The notes under the pieces are model-generated. The model did no database searches. It was not told the DNA's origin and saw nothing but the letters and a program-made list of their open reading frames with translations. The position numbers and the translations under genes were made by a program. Positions 10,675 to 20,177 of a DNA stretch of 64,000 nt are shown here, piece after piece; within the stretch, counting starts at the first letter, position 1, and every line of letters starts with the position of its first letter. Source of the DNA: Lachnospiraceae bacterium (GTDB lineage Bacteria; Bacillota; Clostridia; Lachnospirales; Lachnospiraceae). The stretch lies in contig JAZLHV010000046.1 in the NCBI GenBank assembly GCA_045617045.1, positions 2,325 through 66,324 on the forward strand. Reading direction: 5' to 3'.

Positions 10675-10808
10675 AGCTACTTTGAGGCTGAGAAAGCATA
10701 TGGAGACATAGTGTGAAAATAGATTTTTCACACCTCACTATTTGTGTTACCCACAAGGGGAGCGCTGAATGGTGAACTCCGGATTTCACAAGTGAAATGG
10801 AGATTTAT

Positions 10809-12572
10809 ATGAAAAAATTACTTGAACTGATTTCAGAAGAAGTTATGAGTGCGTTTGAAGCAGCCGGCTATGATAAGTCGGCCGGCAAGGTTAATGTTTC
10901 AAATCGCCCCGATTTATGCGAATACCAGTGCAACGGTGCAATGGCACTTGCCAAGCAGGCGCACTGTGCCCCTATACAGATTGCAAATGCGGTTGTGGAA
11001 AAGCTAAGCGGAAATTCTGCTTTTGCAAAAGTTGAAGCCGTAATGCCGGGCTTCATCAACATTAACGTAAGCGAAGATTTCCTGGCAGATTATGTTCGCA
11101 AAATGGCTGCAGACAAGAAATTCGGCTATGAGCTTCCCAACCAAAATATGATTATTGTAGATTACGGCGGGCCTAACGTTGCCAAGGCACTTCATGTAGG
11201 ACATTTGCGCCCTGCAATTATCGGTGAGAGCGTTAAGCGTATATTAAAATATGCGGGACACGATGTTATCGGCGACGTGCATTTGGGTGACTGGGGAACT
11301 CCTATGGGCCTTGTAATGACCGAAATTCAGGAGCGTAATCCTGACCTGCCTTATTTTGACGAATCCTTTACAGGCGATTACCCTGAAAATCCTCCGTTTA
11401 CGGTTCGCGATCTCGAGGAAATATATCCTACCGCTTCGGCAAAAAGCAAGGTTGACCCCGAATACAAAGCGCGCGCAATGGCATTTACTTATCAGCTGCA
11501 GAACGGCACGCGCGGAATCCGTGCACTCTGGGATCACATTATCGCTGTGTCGGTTACGGATATGAAGCGTATTTATGATATTTTGAATGTTCAGTTTGAT
11601 TTGTGGAACGGCGAAAGCACGGTTCAGTATCTTATTCCGGATATGGTTCGTGAATTAAAAGAAGGCGGATATGCTTACGAAAGTGACGGTGCTTTGGTAG
11701 TTGACGTTAAAGAGCCTACGGATACCAAAGAAGTTCCGCCTTGTCTGATTGTTAAATCGGACGGCGCAAGCCTTTACAATACTACCGATCTTGCAACGAT
11801 TAAGGAGCGTGTCGCAAAGTATAATCCCAAGCATATGATTTACATTACCGACAAGCGTCAGGATTTGTATTTTGAACAGGTGTTCCGTTGCGCCAAGAAG
11901 ACCCATATTGTAGGTGAAGACGTAGCACTTACTCACATTGGTTTCGGTACCATGAACGGTAAGGACGGAAAGCCGTTTAAGACCCGTGACGGCGGAGTTA
12001 TGCCGCTGGAGGTACTTATTTCGGATATTAAGTCCAAGATGTACGAAAAGATTTGCGAAAACAAGGAAATCGAAGAAACGGAAGCTCGCGCTACAGCTGA
12101 AATTGTCGGTATGAGTGCGCTTTTGTACGGAGACCTTTCCAATCAGGCAATGAAGGACTACATTTTTGATATCGACAGATTCACTTCTTTTGAAGGAAAT
12201 ACAGGTCCTTACATTCTTTATACAATTGTACGTATTAAGTCTATTCTCGAAAAATATAAGGCTCAGGGCAAAGATTTAACCGGCCTTACAATCGGAATGC
12301 CTGTAAATGCATCCGAAAAAGAGCTTATGAAAGCGTTAACCGGATTTTCACAAATGATGGAAACCGCGGTTAATGAACTTGCACCGCATAAGGTATGTGC
12401 TTACATTTACGATCTTGCAAATGCACTTAATTCTTTCTACCACGAGACAAAGATTCTTTCCGAAGAAGACGAGAGCAGAAAGCGTGAGTTTATAGCACTT
12501 ATCAGTTTAACAAAAGATATTCTTGAAACCTGTATCGATCTTTTGGGCTTCAAGGCACCGGAGAGAATGTAA
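10809..12572 (+). CDS. argS: Arginine--tRNA ligase
   Basis: [17 protein letters not shown] (HIGH-like), [16 protein letters not shown]. Confidence 0.96.
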   Translation: MKKLLELISEEVMSAFEAAGYDKSAGKVNVSNRPDLCEYQCNGAMALAKQAHCAPIQIANAVVEKLSGNSAFAKVEAVMPGFININVSEDFLADYVRKMAADKKFGYELPNQNMIIVDYGGPNVAKALHVGHLRPAIIGESVKRILKYAGHDVIGDVHLGDWGTPMGLVMTEIQERNPDLPYFDESFTGDYPENPPFTVRDLEEIYPTASAKSKVDPEYKARAMAFTYQLQNGTRGIRALWDHIIAVSVTDMKRIYDILNVQFDLWNGESTVQYLIPDMVRELKEGGYAYESDGALVVDVKEPTDTKEVPPCLIVKSDGASLYNTTDLATIKERVAKYNPKHMIYITDKRQDLYFEQVFRCAKKTHIVGEDVALTHIGFGTMNGKDGKPFKTRDGGVMPLEVLISDIKSKMYEKICENKEIEETEARATAEIVGMSALLYGDLSNQAMKDYIFDIDRFTSFEGNTGPYILYTIVRIKSILEKYKAQGKDLTGLTIGMPVNASEKELMKALTGFSQMMETAVNELAPHKVCAYIYDLANALNSFYHETKILSEEDESRKREFIALISLTKDILETCIDLLGFKAPERM

Positions 12573-13099
12573 TGAGAATCGGACACGGATATGATGTTCA
12601 CAAGCTCACCGAAGGGCGCAAACTGATCATCGGCGGCGTTGACATTCCCTACGAAAAGGGGTTATTGGGTCATTCGGATGCGGATGTACTGGTGCATGCG
12701 GTTATGGATGCACTGCTGGGGGCTGCGGCACTTGGCGATATCGGCCTTCATTTTCCCGACAATGACCCTGCGTATGAGGGTGCTGACAGCATTAAGCTGT
12801 TGGAGCATGTCGGCGATTTGCTGGAGTCAAAGTTATACTATGTCGAGAATATAGACGCAACTATTTTGGCTCAGGCGCCTAAAATGCGTCCTTTCATCGA
12901 CCTGATGAGGGCAAATATTGCGCATGCGCTCAAAATAGACGTATCCTGCGTAAACGTTAAGGCTACAACGGAAGAGGGACTTGGATTTACAGGGGCCAAA
13001 GAAGGCATTGCCGCTCATGCGGTTTGCTTACTGGGCTCTATGCAGCATGAAGGACGTTACGGTTGCCCGGAGTGCGGTGGCTGCAATGTTAAACCGTAG
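12572..13099 (+). CDS. ispF: 2-C-methyl-D-erythritol 2,4-cyclodiphosphate synthase with a short Cys-rich C-terminal tail
   Basis: [26 protein letters not shown]. Confidence 0.96.
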   Translation: MRIGHGYDVHKLTEGRKLIIGGVDIPYEKGLLGHSDADVLVHAVMDALLGAAALGDIGLHFPDNDPAYEGADSIKLLEHVGDLLESKLYYVENIDATILAQAPKMRPFIDLMRANIAHALKIDVSCVNVKATTEEGLGFTGAKEGIAAHAVCLLGSMQHEGRYGCPECGGCNVKP

Positions 13100-13180
13100 A
13101 AATATAACGTGTTTTGAATAGGGCTTTGGCATGTTGGGGGACGGCTGCGGCAATCGGGTTGTATGCTCGGGGGATTACTT

Positions 13181-14326
13181 ATGAAAAAGAAGACTATTAT
13201 TATTGTTGCTTTTGCAGTAATACTGTGTGCAATTATAGGAATCGGGGTTGTTGTGCATAACAGACCGCAAAATAATAACATAGTTGTTGAAACAGAAATA
13301 GAGCTCATGTCCGAAGCGGTAAAGAACATGGGGCCGGGTATCAGTATAGGGAATTCGCTGGATGCCACGGATGTATCGTGGGGAGGCCGCTCCGTTAAAG
13401 AATTTGAAACAGGGTGGCTTAATCCTGTTATCTCACCTGTCGTTATTCGCAATATTGTTAACACCGGTTTTAATACTGTCAGAATTCCGGTGACCTGGAA
13501 CCATCATTTTGATGCTAACGGAAATATTGACAGCGCGTGGCTTAATCGGGTAGAGGAAGTTGTAAATTACGTGTTAAACACAGGCGCATACTGTATCATT
13601 AATGTTCACCATGATACGGGTGCGGAAGGTTGGATCAGGGCAGAGCTTTCAAACTACAATCGTAACGAAGAACTTGTCAAAGCGTTGTGGACCAATATTG
13701 CCACGCGTTTTAAAGATTATTCGGGCAAATTGATTTTTGAAGGCTTCAATGAGATGCTTGACGACAACGCCGAATGGAACAATCCGTCCCAAGATTCGCT
13801 TGAAGCAATGAACCTTTATAATCAGTTGTTTGTGGACGCCGTGCGCGCTACGGGCGGCAACAATGCTATCCGTAATCTTATAGTGAATACTTACGCAGCA
13901 TCAACGACTGCCACGAATCTTAACGGCTTTGAACTTCCCAAAGATACTGCAGAGGGCCACTTGGGCGTAGAGTTTCATTGTTACGATCCGTGGGGGTTTA
14001 CCGGCAGCAATCTTTCCTGGGTTAAGGATACAGATACTTTTACCGATGATATTGCAGTTCAAATCGACGAAGCACTCAGGCGCGTGAATAATCGATTTGT
14101 AAAAGCAGGTATACCTGTTATTTGGGGTGAGTTCGGCTGCGAAGCTAAAGCTAACGATTCGCAGCGTTGCGAATATGTCACATACGTGGCAAGCCATGCC
14201 ACAAATTACGGCATTCCGGTAGTGTATTGGGATGATGGCGGCAAGATGCAGATTACAAGTCGATTTTTCAATGTTTCACCGCACAATTCAATTGCCGAAG
14301 CGATAATTGAAGCCTCAAAAAAGTAG
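13181..14326 (+). CDS. GH5 endoglucanase-like enzyme with N-terminal membrane anchor
   Basis: GISIGNSLD, VRIPVTW, INVHHD, FEGFNE (acid/base), WGEFG (nucleophile). Confidence 0.92.
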   Translation: MKKKTIIIVAFAVILCAIIGIGVVVHNRPQNNNIVVETEIELMSEAVKNMGPGISIGNSLDATDVSWGGRSVKEFETGWLNPVISPVVIRNIVNTGFNTVRIPVTWNHHFDANGNIDSAWLNRVEEVVNYVLNTGAYCIINVHHDTGAEGWIRAELSNYNRNEELVKALWTNIATRFKDYSGKLIFEGFNEMLDDNAEWNNPSQDSLEAMNLYNQLFVDAVRATGGNNAIRNLIVNTYAASTTATNLNGFELPKDTAEGHLGVEFHCYDPWGFTGSNLSWVKDTDTFTDDIAVQIDEALRRVNNRFVKAGIPVIWGEFGCEAKANDSQRCEYVTYVASHATNYGIPVVYWDDGGKMQITSRFFNVSPHNSIAEAIIEASKK

Positions 14327-14395
14327 GGGCTTTTACCGGGTACGTTACTTAAAAAATTGCCACTCAAAAAAGTTGATTTTTACTGAAGTTTTTGC

Positions 14396-14424
14396 TTGAC
14401 AATGGTACATCCTTTTTGTATACT
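14396..14424 (+). promoter_or_regulatory. Sigma-A promoter of the tRNA operon
   Basis: TTGACA-N17-TATACT just upstream of tRNA-Val. Confidence 0.8.
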
Positions 14425-14445
14425 AACAAGGTCGGTTATGTGACT

Positions 14446-14518
14446 GGGGTCTTAGCTCAGCTGGGAGAGCATCTGCCTTACAAGCAGAGGGTCATAGGTT
14501 CGAGCCCTATAGGCCCCA
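14446..14518 (+). tRNA. tRNA-Val (TAC)
   Basis: Cloverleaf; anticodon arm tctgc-ctTACaa-gcaga; TTCGA T-loop. Confidence 0.95.
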
Positions 14519-14542
14519 TTACTTACCTAATTTAATATCTAT

Positions 14543-14616
14543 GGCGAGATAGCTCAGTTGGCTAGAGCACGCGGTTCATACCCGCGGTGTCGAGGGTTCG
14601 AATCCCCCTCTCGCTA
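14543..14616 (+). tRNA. tRNA-Met (CAT), elongator-like
   Basis: Cloverleaf; cgcgg-ttCATac-ccgcg; G1 in the acceptor stem argues against initiator. Confidence 0.9.
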
Positions 14617-14623
14617 TGTAAAT

Positions 14624-14696
14624 CGGGGTGTGGCTCAGGTGGTAGAGCGCCACGTTAGGGACGTGGAGGCCGCAAGTTCAAGTCTTGTCACTCCGA
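14624..14696 (+). tRNA. tRNA-Pro with AGG anticodon; prophage integration target
   Basis: C1-G72/A73; anticodon arm ccacg-ttAGGga-cgtgg (anticodon 14657-14659); 3' part duplicated at attR. Confidence 0.9.
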
Positions 14697-14699
14697 CTA
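14674..14699 (+). repeat. attL core
   Basis: aagttcaagtcttgtcactccgacta, identical to 47300-47325; spans the tRNA T-loop and 3' acceptor strand. Confidence 0.95.
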
Positions 14700-14706
14700 T
14701 AAAGAA

Positions 14707-14741
14707 AAGCCTACAAATCAACGTTTGTAGGCTCTTTTTTT
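14707..14741 (+). terminator. Phage-supplied terminator for the tRNA operon
   Basis: agcctacaaa/tttgtaggct stem then a T-run, just inside attL. Confidence 0.8.
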
Positions 14742-14815
14742 GCTTAAAAACCGCACTTTCAAAAGGGTACTTTTACAACGTATTTACGCACTTTACAACG
14801 TATAGTTGTAAAATC

Positions 14816-14837
14816 TCACGCCACGCTTCACGCCACG
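14816..14837 (+). promoter_or_regulatory. Putative integrase arm-type sites (left arm)
   Basis: tcacgccacg twice with 12-bp period; the same pair recurs at 47232-47253; tttacaacgtat is also repeated twice within 14771-14813. Confidence 0.7.
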
Positions 14838-14844
14838 AAATTGT

Positions 14845-15834
14845 TTAAAAAATAGATTTCCATACTTCTGCGGAAATCTCCCTTTTGCCTTTATCGGTTT
14901 TTGTTTTCATTGCGTGAGCATACACTTCTTTTAATGTGGTATCAGTTTCCCACCCACCAAGATACATTACATCTTTCATCGGCACGTTTTGTGACAACAA
15001 TTTGCTTGCGAAGTAATGGCGCAGCTTGTGGATTGAAAAATTGTTAATGCCGAGTTCGTTTTGTGTCCGCAACAGGTAATTGGATATGCTCTGTGGACTA
15101 CCATTATATATATATCCCTGTTTGCGTATTGCATCTGCTATCTCCGGGGCAATTGGTATCGTTCTTGTAGAAGATGTTGTCTTGGTTGATTTTACAACCC
15201 ATTTATTCTTAATGTCTTCCACAAGTGCCTTGTCTATGGTAAGCATATTATCGTCTGCCAAATCATCAACAGTAAGAGCGCAGATTTCGGAACGCCTTAA
15301 GCCATTACAGGCTAATCCGATCGGAATATAAAACATTGTGTCTTGCGAACACGCCAATATCCTTTTGACTTCTTCGTCTGTGGGTATATAAGGCTCTTTT
15401 TTGACCTTTTGGGGCAATGTAACACGAAACTTGACATCTTGCCTATGGAAACCCAAAACCGATGAAATAAAGCCATTTAGCGAGCGTACTGTTTTAGGTG
15501 CTTTAGTCTTCGCAAGTTCGTTTACACACTTCTGCACATCTGATTGCGTTATTTCTGCTATATCCAATTTGATAAACCACGAAGGTAGTCTACCAATGTA
15601 TAGCGTATACTCTCGTATGGAACGTGGAGACAGGACATTCTTTTTTGCTTCGATATACTCTTTACAAGCGTGTTGAAACGAGCCTTGGCGTTCTACCTTC
15701 TTGCCTATCTTTTGATTAATTAATCGAAGTGCTTCCGTCTGGGATGGTTTGTCTTTGACAGTAACAGAGTATGTCTTTCCATCTACAACGTGCCGGATGC
15801 GATAACTTCCACTTGGTAACTTTTGAATGTACAT
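14845..15834 (-). CDS. int: Tyrosine integrase
   Basis: GLRRSEI (R), KT (K), HKLRH (HxxR), LGGW (H/W), EVYAH (Y); start chosen from the RBS before MYIQK. Confidence 0.95.
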   Translation of the reverse strand: MYIQKLPSGSYRIRHVVDGKTYSVTVKDKPSQTEALRLINQKIGKKVERQGSFQHACKEYIEAKKNVLSPRSIREYTLYIGRLPSWFIKLDIAEITQSDVQKCVNELAKTKAPKTVRSLNGFISSVLGFHRQDVKFRVTLPQKVKKEPYIPTDEEVKRILACSQDTMFYIPIGLACNGLRRSEICALTVDDLADDNMLTIDKALVEDIKNKWVVKSTKTTSSTRTIPIAPEIADAIRKQGYIYNGSPQSISNYLLRTQNELGINNFSIHKLRHYFASKLLSQNVPMKDVMYLGGWETDTTLKEVYAHAMKTKTDKGKREISAEVWKSIF

Positions 15835-15990
15835 AAACTCACCTTCTTTCTCACACTTTTTTAAATTAAAAAGTTTCATTTTGTGTGGCGCACCACATTT
15901 TCTTGTGACTCATTCAGCGAATAAAATTAAGTGACTTTTCACAGTTGACTTATATTTTGTAACAAGCGTTATTTGTATATATTTCCGATA

Positions 15991-16019
15991 TTGAAACATA
16001 CAAACATTTGTTCTAATAT
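15991..16019 (+). promoter_or_regulatory. Putative promoter with a LexA-box-like site in the spacer
   Basis: TTGAAA-N17-TAATAT; AAAC-attt-GTTC at 16002-16013 is one mismatch from the Firmicute GAAC-N4-GTTC box. Confidence 0.5.
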
Positions 16020-16042
16020 ACAAGCACAAAGGGGATGATGCT

Positions 16043-16165
16043 ATGGACAACATCAATGTAACAATTGAGCAATTAAAGGGAGAAATCTGTAAATTGATAA
16101 CTGATTGCAATAACCTTCAATTGCTTAAAACAATTTATTGCTTTTTGTTAAGGCTTAAAAAGTGA
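16043..16165 (+). CDS. 40-aa small protein convergent with the repressor (candidate antirepressor)
   Basis: RBS aaagggga; MDNINVTIEQLKGEICKLITDCNNLQLLKTIYCFLLRLKK; below the ORF-track cutoff. Confidence 0.6.
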   Translation: MDNINVTIEQLKGEICKLITDCNNLQLLKTIYCFLLRLKK

Positions 16166-16482
16166 ACAAAATCGTATGCCGATTTTCTGTCTTTCGGAGA
16201 TAGCGTTTGTAATTCCTTAATACAGGCTTGCAAATCGTTATCTTCGTAAACATCGGCTAACAAGGTGCCGAGTTCTTCTTCGCTATCCCAACCCATTAGG
16301 TATCCCGGAGAACAGTTGAGAACTCGTGCCAAGTCTTCTATCTTATCAATTCCCATATTCTTAATGTCTTTTGACTCATAACGTGATACTGTACTTTCGG
16401 CAATACCCAAGGCACTCGCTACATCCTTAAGAGTTAATCCAAGTTCTTGTCTTCGTGCTTTAATGATTTTATATATCTCCAT
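16135..16482 (-). CDS. CI-like XRE repressor, 115 aa, without an S24 peptidase domain
   Basis: IKARRQELGLTLKDVASALGIAESTVSRYES...LARVLNCSPGYLMGW; RBS ggaggtg; divergent from the cro-like gene. Confidence 0.9.
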   Translation of the reverse strand: MEIYKIIKARRQELGLTLKDVASALGIAESTVSRYESKDIKNMGIDKIEDLARVLNCSPGYLMGWDSEEELGTLLADVYEDNDLQACIKELQTLSPKDRKSAYDFVHFLSLNKKQ

Positions 16483-16540
16483 ATAAAACACCTCCTGTAA
16501 GCGCATAATAACACTATTCTTGATTAAATGCAAAAATAAT

Positions 16541-16870
16541 TTGCGAAAACACAAAAAATATTATTGACAAAATGCATTTTAGATGTATGATGTATTTAGG
16601 ACTTGCGGATACGCAAGTTACTATACAGAAAGGGGTGCATTATGGTTAACACAAATATGTTGAAGGCGAAATATATGCTTAAAGGGTTAACACAGGAAGA
16701 AGTTGCCGATAAAATCGGCATAAATCCAAGCACATTGAGTCTTAAACAGAACAACGAGCCGGGATATGTTTTCTCTATTGCAGAAGTTGAGAAACTTGCA
16801 AAAGTTCTCAACATCAGTAAAAGGGAACTTACGGCAATTTTTTTTGCTTAAAAACTTGCGGAAACGCAAG
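16541..16870. promoter_or_regulatory. Lysis/lysogeny switch: palindromic operators and rightward promoter
   Basis: TTGCG-N4-CGCAA at 16601-16618 (acttgcg-gata-cgcaagt) and 16855-16870, imperfect copy at 16541-16554; TTGACA 16564-16569 and TATGAT 16586-16591. Confidence 0.75.
16642..16851 (+). CDS. Cro-like XRE HTH protein
   Basis: MVNTNMLKAKYMLKGLTQEEVADKIGINPSTLSLK. Confidence 0.85.
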   Translation: MVNTNMLKAKYMLKGLTQEEVADKIGINPSTLSLKQNNEPGYVFSIAEVEKLAKVLNISKRELTAIFFA

Positions 16871-16881
16871 AAGGGGTTGAA

Positions 16882-17127
16882 ATGCCAAGGGTAAATTTAA
16901 ACAAGCGCAAGTACAAAATATCGGATTTCAGTAAATGGCTTAAAGGCGAAATGTTCGCACAGGGGTTAACGCAGACTTATGTAGCTGCGGAATTGGGTAC
17001 AAGTCAACAGAATTTCTCTAAAAAGTTAAAGTCAAGTGATTTTTCTTACAAAGAACTTCTTACGATTTTCCAATTGTTACAGACCGATGATTTAACGATT
17101 TGCAGATTAATGAAGGAGTCAAAATGA
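16882..17127 (+). CDS. XRE-like HTH protein
   Basis: GLTQTYVAAELGTSQQNFSKKLK. Confidence 0.8.
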   Translation: MPRVNLNKRKYKISDFSKWLKGEMFAQGLTQTYVAAELGTSQQNFSKKLKSSDFSYKELLTIFQLLQTDDLTICRLMKESK

Positions 17128-17660
17128 AAAATTTAATATTGAGCGTTCTCTTAAGCGGTTTGGTGGTTTTCTTGAAAATTGATGATTACTACTCTCGCCA
17201 ATATATCGAGTACGCAGAACAAGAGCCAAGTGTTTATCTTCCGATCAATGAACAGGTGCTTGCAGATATCCCGGAGATTGAAACCCAAGAGACAGAGACA
17301 AAGACCTTAAGTGATGAAGATTTCGAATTAATCGCAAGGGTGGTAATGAGCGAAGCAAGTATATGCGACATCAACGTAAAAGTGGCAATAGCGCAGACAG
17401 TAATTAATCGTTGGTTGTCGGGCAAATGGGGAGAGACGATTGCTGATGTTGTATATTATCCCAATGCCTTTTCGACACAAGACAACGGAGATGTAACCGA
17501 GAGATGTAGATATGCGGTTACTGTTGCTATCGAAGATATGCCGTATCCCGAAGATATGTACTACTTTCGCACAGGGCATTATCACAATTTTGGTTATGAC
17601 TACGCACAGGTAGGTCAATTTTATTTTTCAACGGAAGGAGCGAACGATGGGAACAATTGA
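17124..17660 (+). CDS. SleB-like cell wall hydrolase (Hydrolase_2) with N-terminal hydrophobic anchor
   Basis: LIARVVMSEA, VAIAQTVINR, DVVYYPNAFS, YYF...GQFYF. Confidence 0.75.
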   Translation: MKNLILSVLLSGLVVFLKIDDYYSRQYIEYAEQEPSVYLPINEQVLADIPEIETQETETKTLSDEDFELIARVVMSEASICDINVKVAIAQTVINRWLSGKWGETIADVVYYPNAFSTQDNGDVTERCRYAVTVAIEDMPYPEDMYYFRTGHYHNFGYDYAQVGQFYFSTEGANDGNN

Positions 17661-17835
17661 AATTAGGCGTTTAAGAGAACAGACACGAGCAATGACAGAT
17701 GAACAGTTAAACATTGTTGTCGAAGAGATACCGAGTTCTATCCTGTTTCTTGAATTAATGAGACGAGATGCAGAAAAGGACACAGTAATTAATCAAATTA
17801 AGAACGCTACACAGATATTGAAGGGAGACGAGTAA
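17647..17835 (+). CDS. Phage hypothetical protein
   Basis: 62-aa ORF with RBS, coupled to its neighbours. Confidence 0.7.
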   Translation: MGTIEIRRLREQTRAMTDEQLNIVVEEIPSSILFLELMRRDAEKDTVINQIKNATQILKGDE

Positions 17836-18320
17836 TGACTTTACGTGAATTAACACAAGATATGCTCGACATCTTGGCATTAGCCGAAGAAGGCGAGTTA
17901 GACGAAGAAGCATTGAAAGATACCTTTGAAGGTGTCGAAGGTGCTTTCGAAGATAAGTGCGATGGATATGCAGAAGTTATCGCAGAACTTAACGCAGATG
18001 CGGACAAATTGAAAGCAGAGATTAAAAGACTTACCGAGCGCAAATCGACCATTGAGAACAACATTTCCAAAATCAAATCAAATCTTGAATTTGCAATGCG
18101 TACTGTCGGTAAGGAAAAGTTTAAGACCGAGATGCACAGTTTTGGTATCCAAAAGAATGGTGGTTTAAGACCGCTTCTCATTACAGGTTTTGTACCGATG
18201 GAGTTTTACACAACCCCGGAGCCTGTTGTAGACAACAACAAAGTGCGAGAGTTCCTAAAAGACAACACTTGCGAATGGGCAGAACTTGGAGAATACGGCA
18301 CACACTTAACAATTAGATAG
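17835..18320 (+). CDS. Siphovirus Gp157-family protein
   Basis: LKDTFEGVEGAFEDKCDGYAEVIAELNADADKLKAEIKRLTERK coiled coil in the recombination module. Confidence 0.85.
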   Translation: MTLRELTQDMLDILALAEEGELDEEALKDTFEGVEGAFEDKCDGYAEVIAELNADADKLKAEIKRLTERKSTIENNISKIKSNLEFAMRTVGKEKFKTEMHSFGIQKNGGLRPLLITGFVPMEFYTTPEPVVDNNKVREFLKDNTCEWAELGEYGTHLTIR

Positions 18321-18333
18321 GGGGATTTGAATA

Positions 18334-18939
18334 ATGGCAATTTTACAGAAGTTAGCAGACATACAAGACAGATTATTTGTACCGAAGAGCAACGTTAACG
18401 ATTTCGGTCACTACAATTATCGTTCCTGTGAAGACATCTTAAAAGCGGTAAAGCCTATCTGCAAGGAACTTGGATGCGTTCTCTATATCACCAATGACCT
18501 TGTGGAGATTGGCAACAGAAATTATGTATCAACAACAGTAACACTCGCAGACATTGAAACAGGCGAAAGCGTTGTATCAACCGCACACGCTCGTGAAGAA
18601 GAAACCAAAAAGGGTATGGATGGCTCGCAGATAACCGGGGCATCAAGTTCCTACGCAAGAAAGTATGCGCTTGCCGGACTTTTCTGCATCGACAACGAGC
18701 AAGACTCCGATGCAACCAACAAGGGTGACAAGACCGAAAGCAAAGACTTGTCAAAGACGATGCTTGTAGACAAAGGACACATTGCAACCATCAAAGCGCA
18801 GCTTGAAGAAAAAGGCATTAACGAAAAGAGTTTCTTCATTTGTCTTGGCAAACAGGTAGGCAGAAAGATAAGCACTTTTGAAGAAATCACAATTCACGAG
18901 TTCAAGGTTGCGATGGAAATGTTTGGGGCAACAAAATGA
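18334..18939 (+). CDS. erf: ERF-family ssDNA annealing recombinase
   Basis: YNYRSCEDIL, QITGASSSYARKYALAGLFCID...DSD. Confidence 0.9.
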   Translation: MAILQKLADIQDRLFVPKSNVNDFGHYNYRSCEDILKAVKPICKELGCVLYITNDLVEIGNRNYVSTTVTLADIETGESVVSTAHAREEETKKGMDGSQITGASSSYARKYALAGLFCIDNEQDSDATNKGDKTESKDLSKTMLVDKGHIATIKAQLEEKGINEKSFFICLGKQVGRKISTFEEITIHEFKVAMEMFGATK

Positions 18940-19460
18940 CGTTTAAAGCCAAATTTAAGGACATTACGAGAGAGTGGAACAACAACATAATTAACATCAC
19001 ATTTTCTCTTCTTGACGGCAATTTGAACGAAATAAACGGCATCCAAGATAAGACCTTATCGGTTGAAGTTAAGGAGTACAGAAAAAAGCGAAGTCTTGAT
19101 GCAAATGCATACCTTTGGGTGCTTTGTTCGAAGATGGCAGATGCACTTAAGACTTCCAAAGATGAAGTGTACGAAGAACTCTTGCAGAGATACGGATACA
19201 TCTACAAAGACGAAGACGGATACATCACAGTAACAGTTAAAGCCTGTGTCGATATGTCGAAGATACAAGGACATTGGAAGTTCTACAAAGGCAATGACAC
19301 ATTTTCAAGTTACTTAATGATTAAAGGCACTTCCGAGTATGACACAAGCGAAATGGCACACTTTCTCGATATGGCAATTTTGGAAGCACAGGCACTTGGA
19401 ATTGAGACCGAGACACCCAATGAAATTGAGAGGATGAAAGCACTATGGGGAAAAGGTTAA
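18936..19460 (+). CDS. NinB-like recombination accessory protein
   Basis: KKRSLDANAYLW and TSEYDTSEMAHFLD motifs. Confidence 0.55.
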   Translation: MTFKAKFKDITREWNNNIINITFSLLDGNLNEINGIQDKTLSVEVKEYRKKRSLDANAYLWVLCSKMADALKTSKDEVYEELLQRYGYIYKDEDGYITVTVKACVDMSKIQGHWKFYKGNDTFSSYLMIKGTSEYDTSEMAHFLDMAILEAQALGIETETPNEIERMKALWGKG

Positions 19461-19741
19461 CAAGCGTTTTTACAGATGATTTAGACCATTGCTATTACAC
19501 AGGCTCTCCGATCGTGGAGAGACATCACATTTTCGAAGGTAGGCAAGGTAATAAACCCAAGAGCGAAAAGTACGGATTTATCATTCCACTTCGCCCGGAC
19601 TTACACCCAAATGGTGCTTATGCATCACAACAAGGAAGAGACTTGGACAGACCATTAAAGCAGATGGCACAACGCTATTACGAAGCGCATTACGGCACAC
19701 GAGAACAGTTTATTGAAGAATTTGGAAAATCTTATTTATAA
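19445..19741 (+). CDS. Putative small HNH-like/Zn-binding nuclease
   Basis: CYYTG...HHIF.G...LRPDLH pattern typical of nin-region nucleases. Confidence 0.5.
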   Translation: MGKRLTSVFTDDLDHCYYTGSPIVERHHIFEGRQGNKPKSEKYGFIIPLRPDLHPNGAYASQQGRDLDRPLKQMAQRYYEAHYGTREQFIEEFGKSYL

Positions 19742-19752
19742 GGAGACTAAAA

Positions 19753-20157
19753 ATGAACAAAGTTATTTTAATGGGTAGAGCAACACGAGATGCAGAAGTG
19801 CGTTACTCACAAGACAATAAGGCAATTGCAAAGTACACACTTGCCGTTGACAGAATTAAAAAACAGGGCGAAGAGAGTGCAGATTTCATCAATTGCGTTG
19901 CTTTTGATAAAGCCGGAGAGTTTGCAGAAAAGTACATCCGCAAGGGTACAAAGTTACTTGTTAGCGGTCATATACAGACAGGCTCGTACACCAACAAAGA
20001 CGGACAGAAAGTTTATACAACAGATGTAATTATCGAAACACAAGAATTTGCAGAGTCAAAGAGTGCAGACAGTTCCGCAACTACAACACCCAATGGATTT
20101 ATGAATATCCCGGAAGGCGTAGACGAAGAATTACCCTTTGCACAACCTAACCGCTAA
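19753..20157 (+). CDS. ssb: Single-stranded DNA-binding protein
   Basis: MNKVILMGR, ADFINCVAF, GSYTNKDGQKVYTT, acidic tail EELPF. Confidence 0.95.
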   Translation: MNKVILMGRATRDAEVRYSQDNKAIAKYTLAVDRIKKQGEESADFINCVAFDKAGEFAEKYIRKGTKLLVSGHIQTGSYTNKDGQKVYTTDVIIETQEFAESKSADSSATTTPNGFMNIPEGVDEELPFAQPNR

Positions 20158-20177
20158 TCATTTAAGGGGGAATAACA

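Noticed and set aside
10675-10808. T-box riboswitch upstream of argS
   Set aside because: Only a short inverted repeat (gtgtgaaaa/ttttcacac); no T-box consensus or terminator, and the leader is too short.
13024-13099. CPECGGC tail on IspF as a separate metal-binding module
   Set aside because: Too short to call from sequence alone; no supporting context.
14691-14696. CTCCGA in the att core equals the S2 spacer
   Set aside because: Flanking arms do not match the shufflon consensus, and tRNA-targeting crossover is expected around the T-loop; treated as coincidence, not evidence that Int is the invertase.
15910-16110. 66-aa minus-strand ORF between repressor and integrase
   Set aside because: It overlaps the better-supported plus-strand promoter and 40-aa ORF and has no recognisable features.
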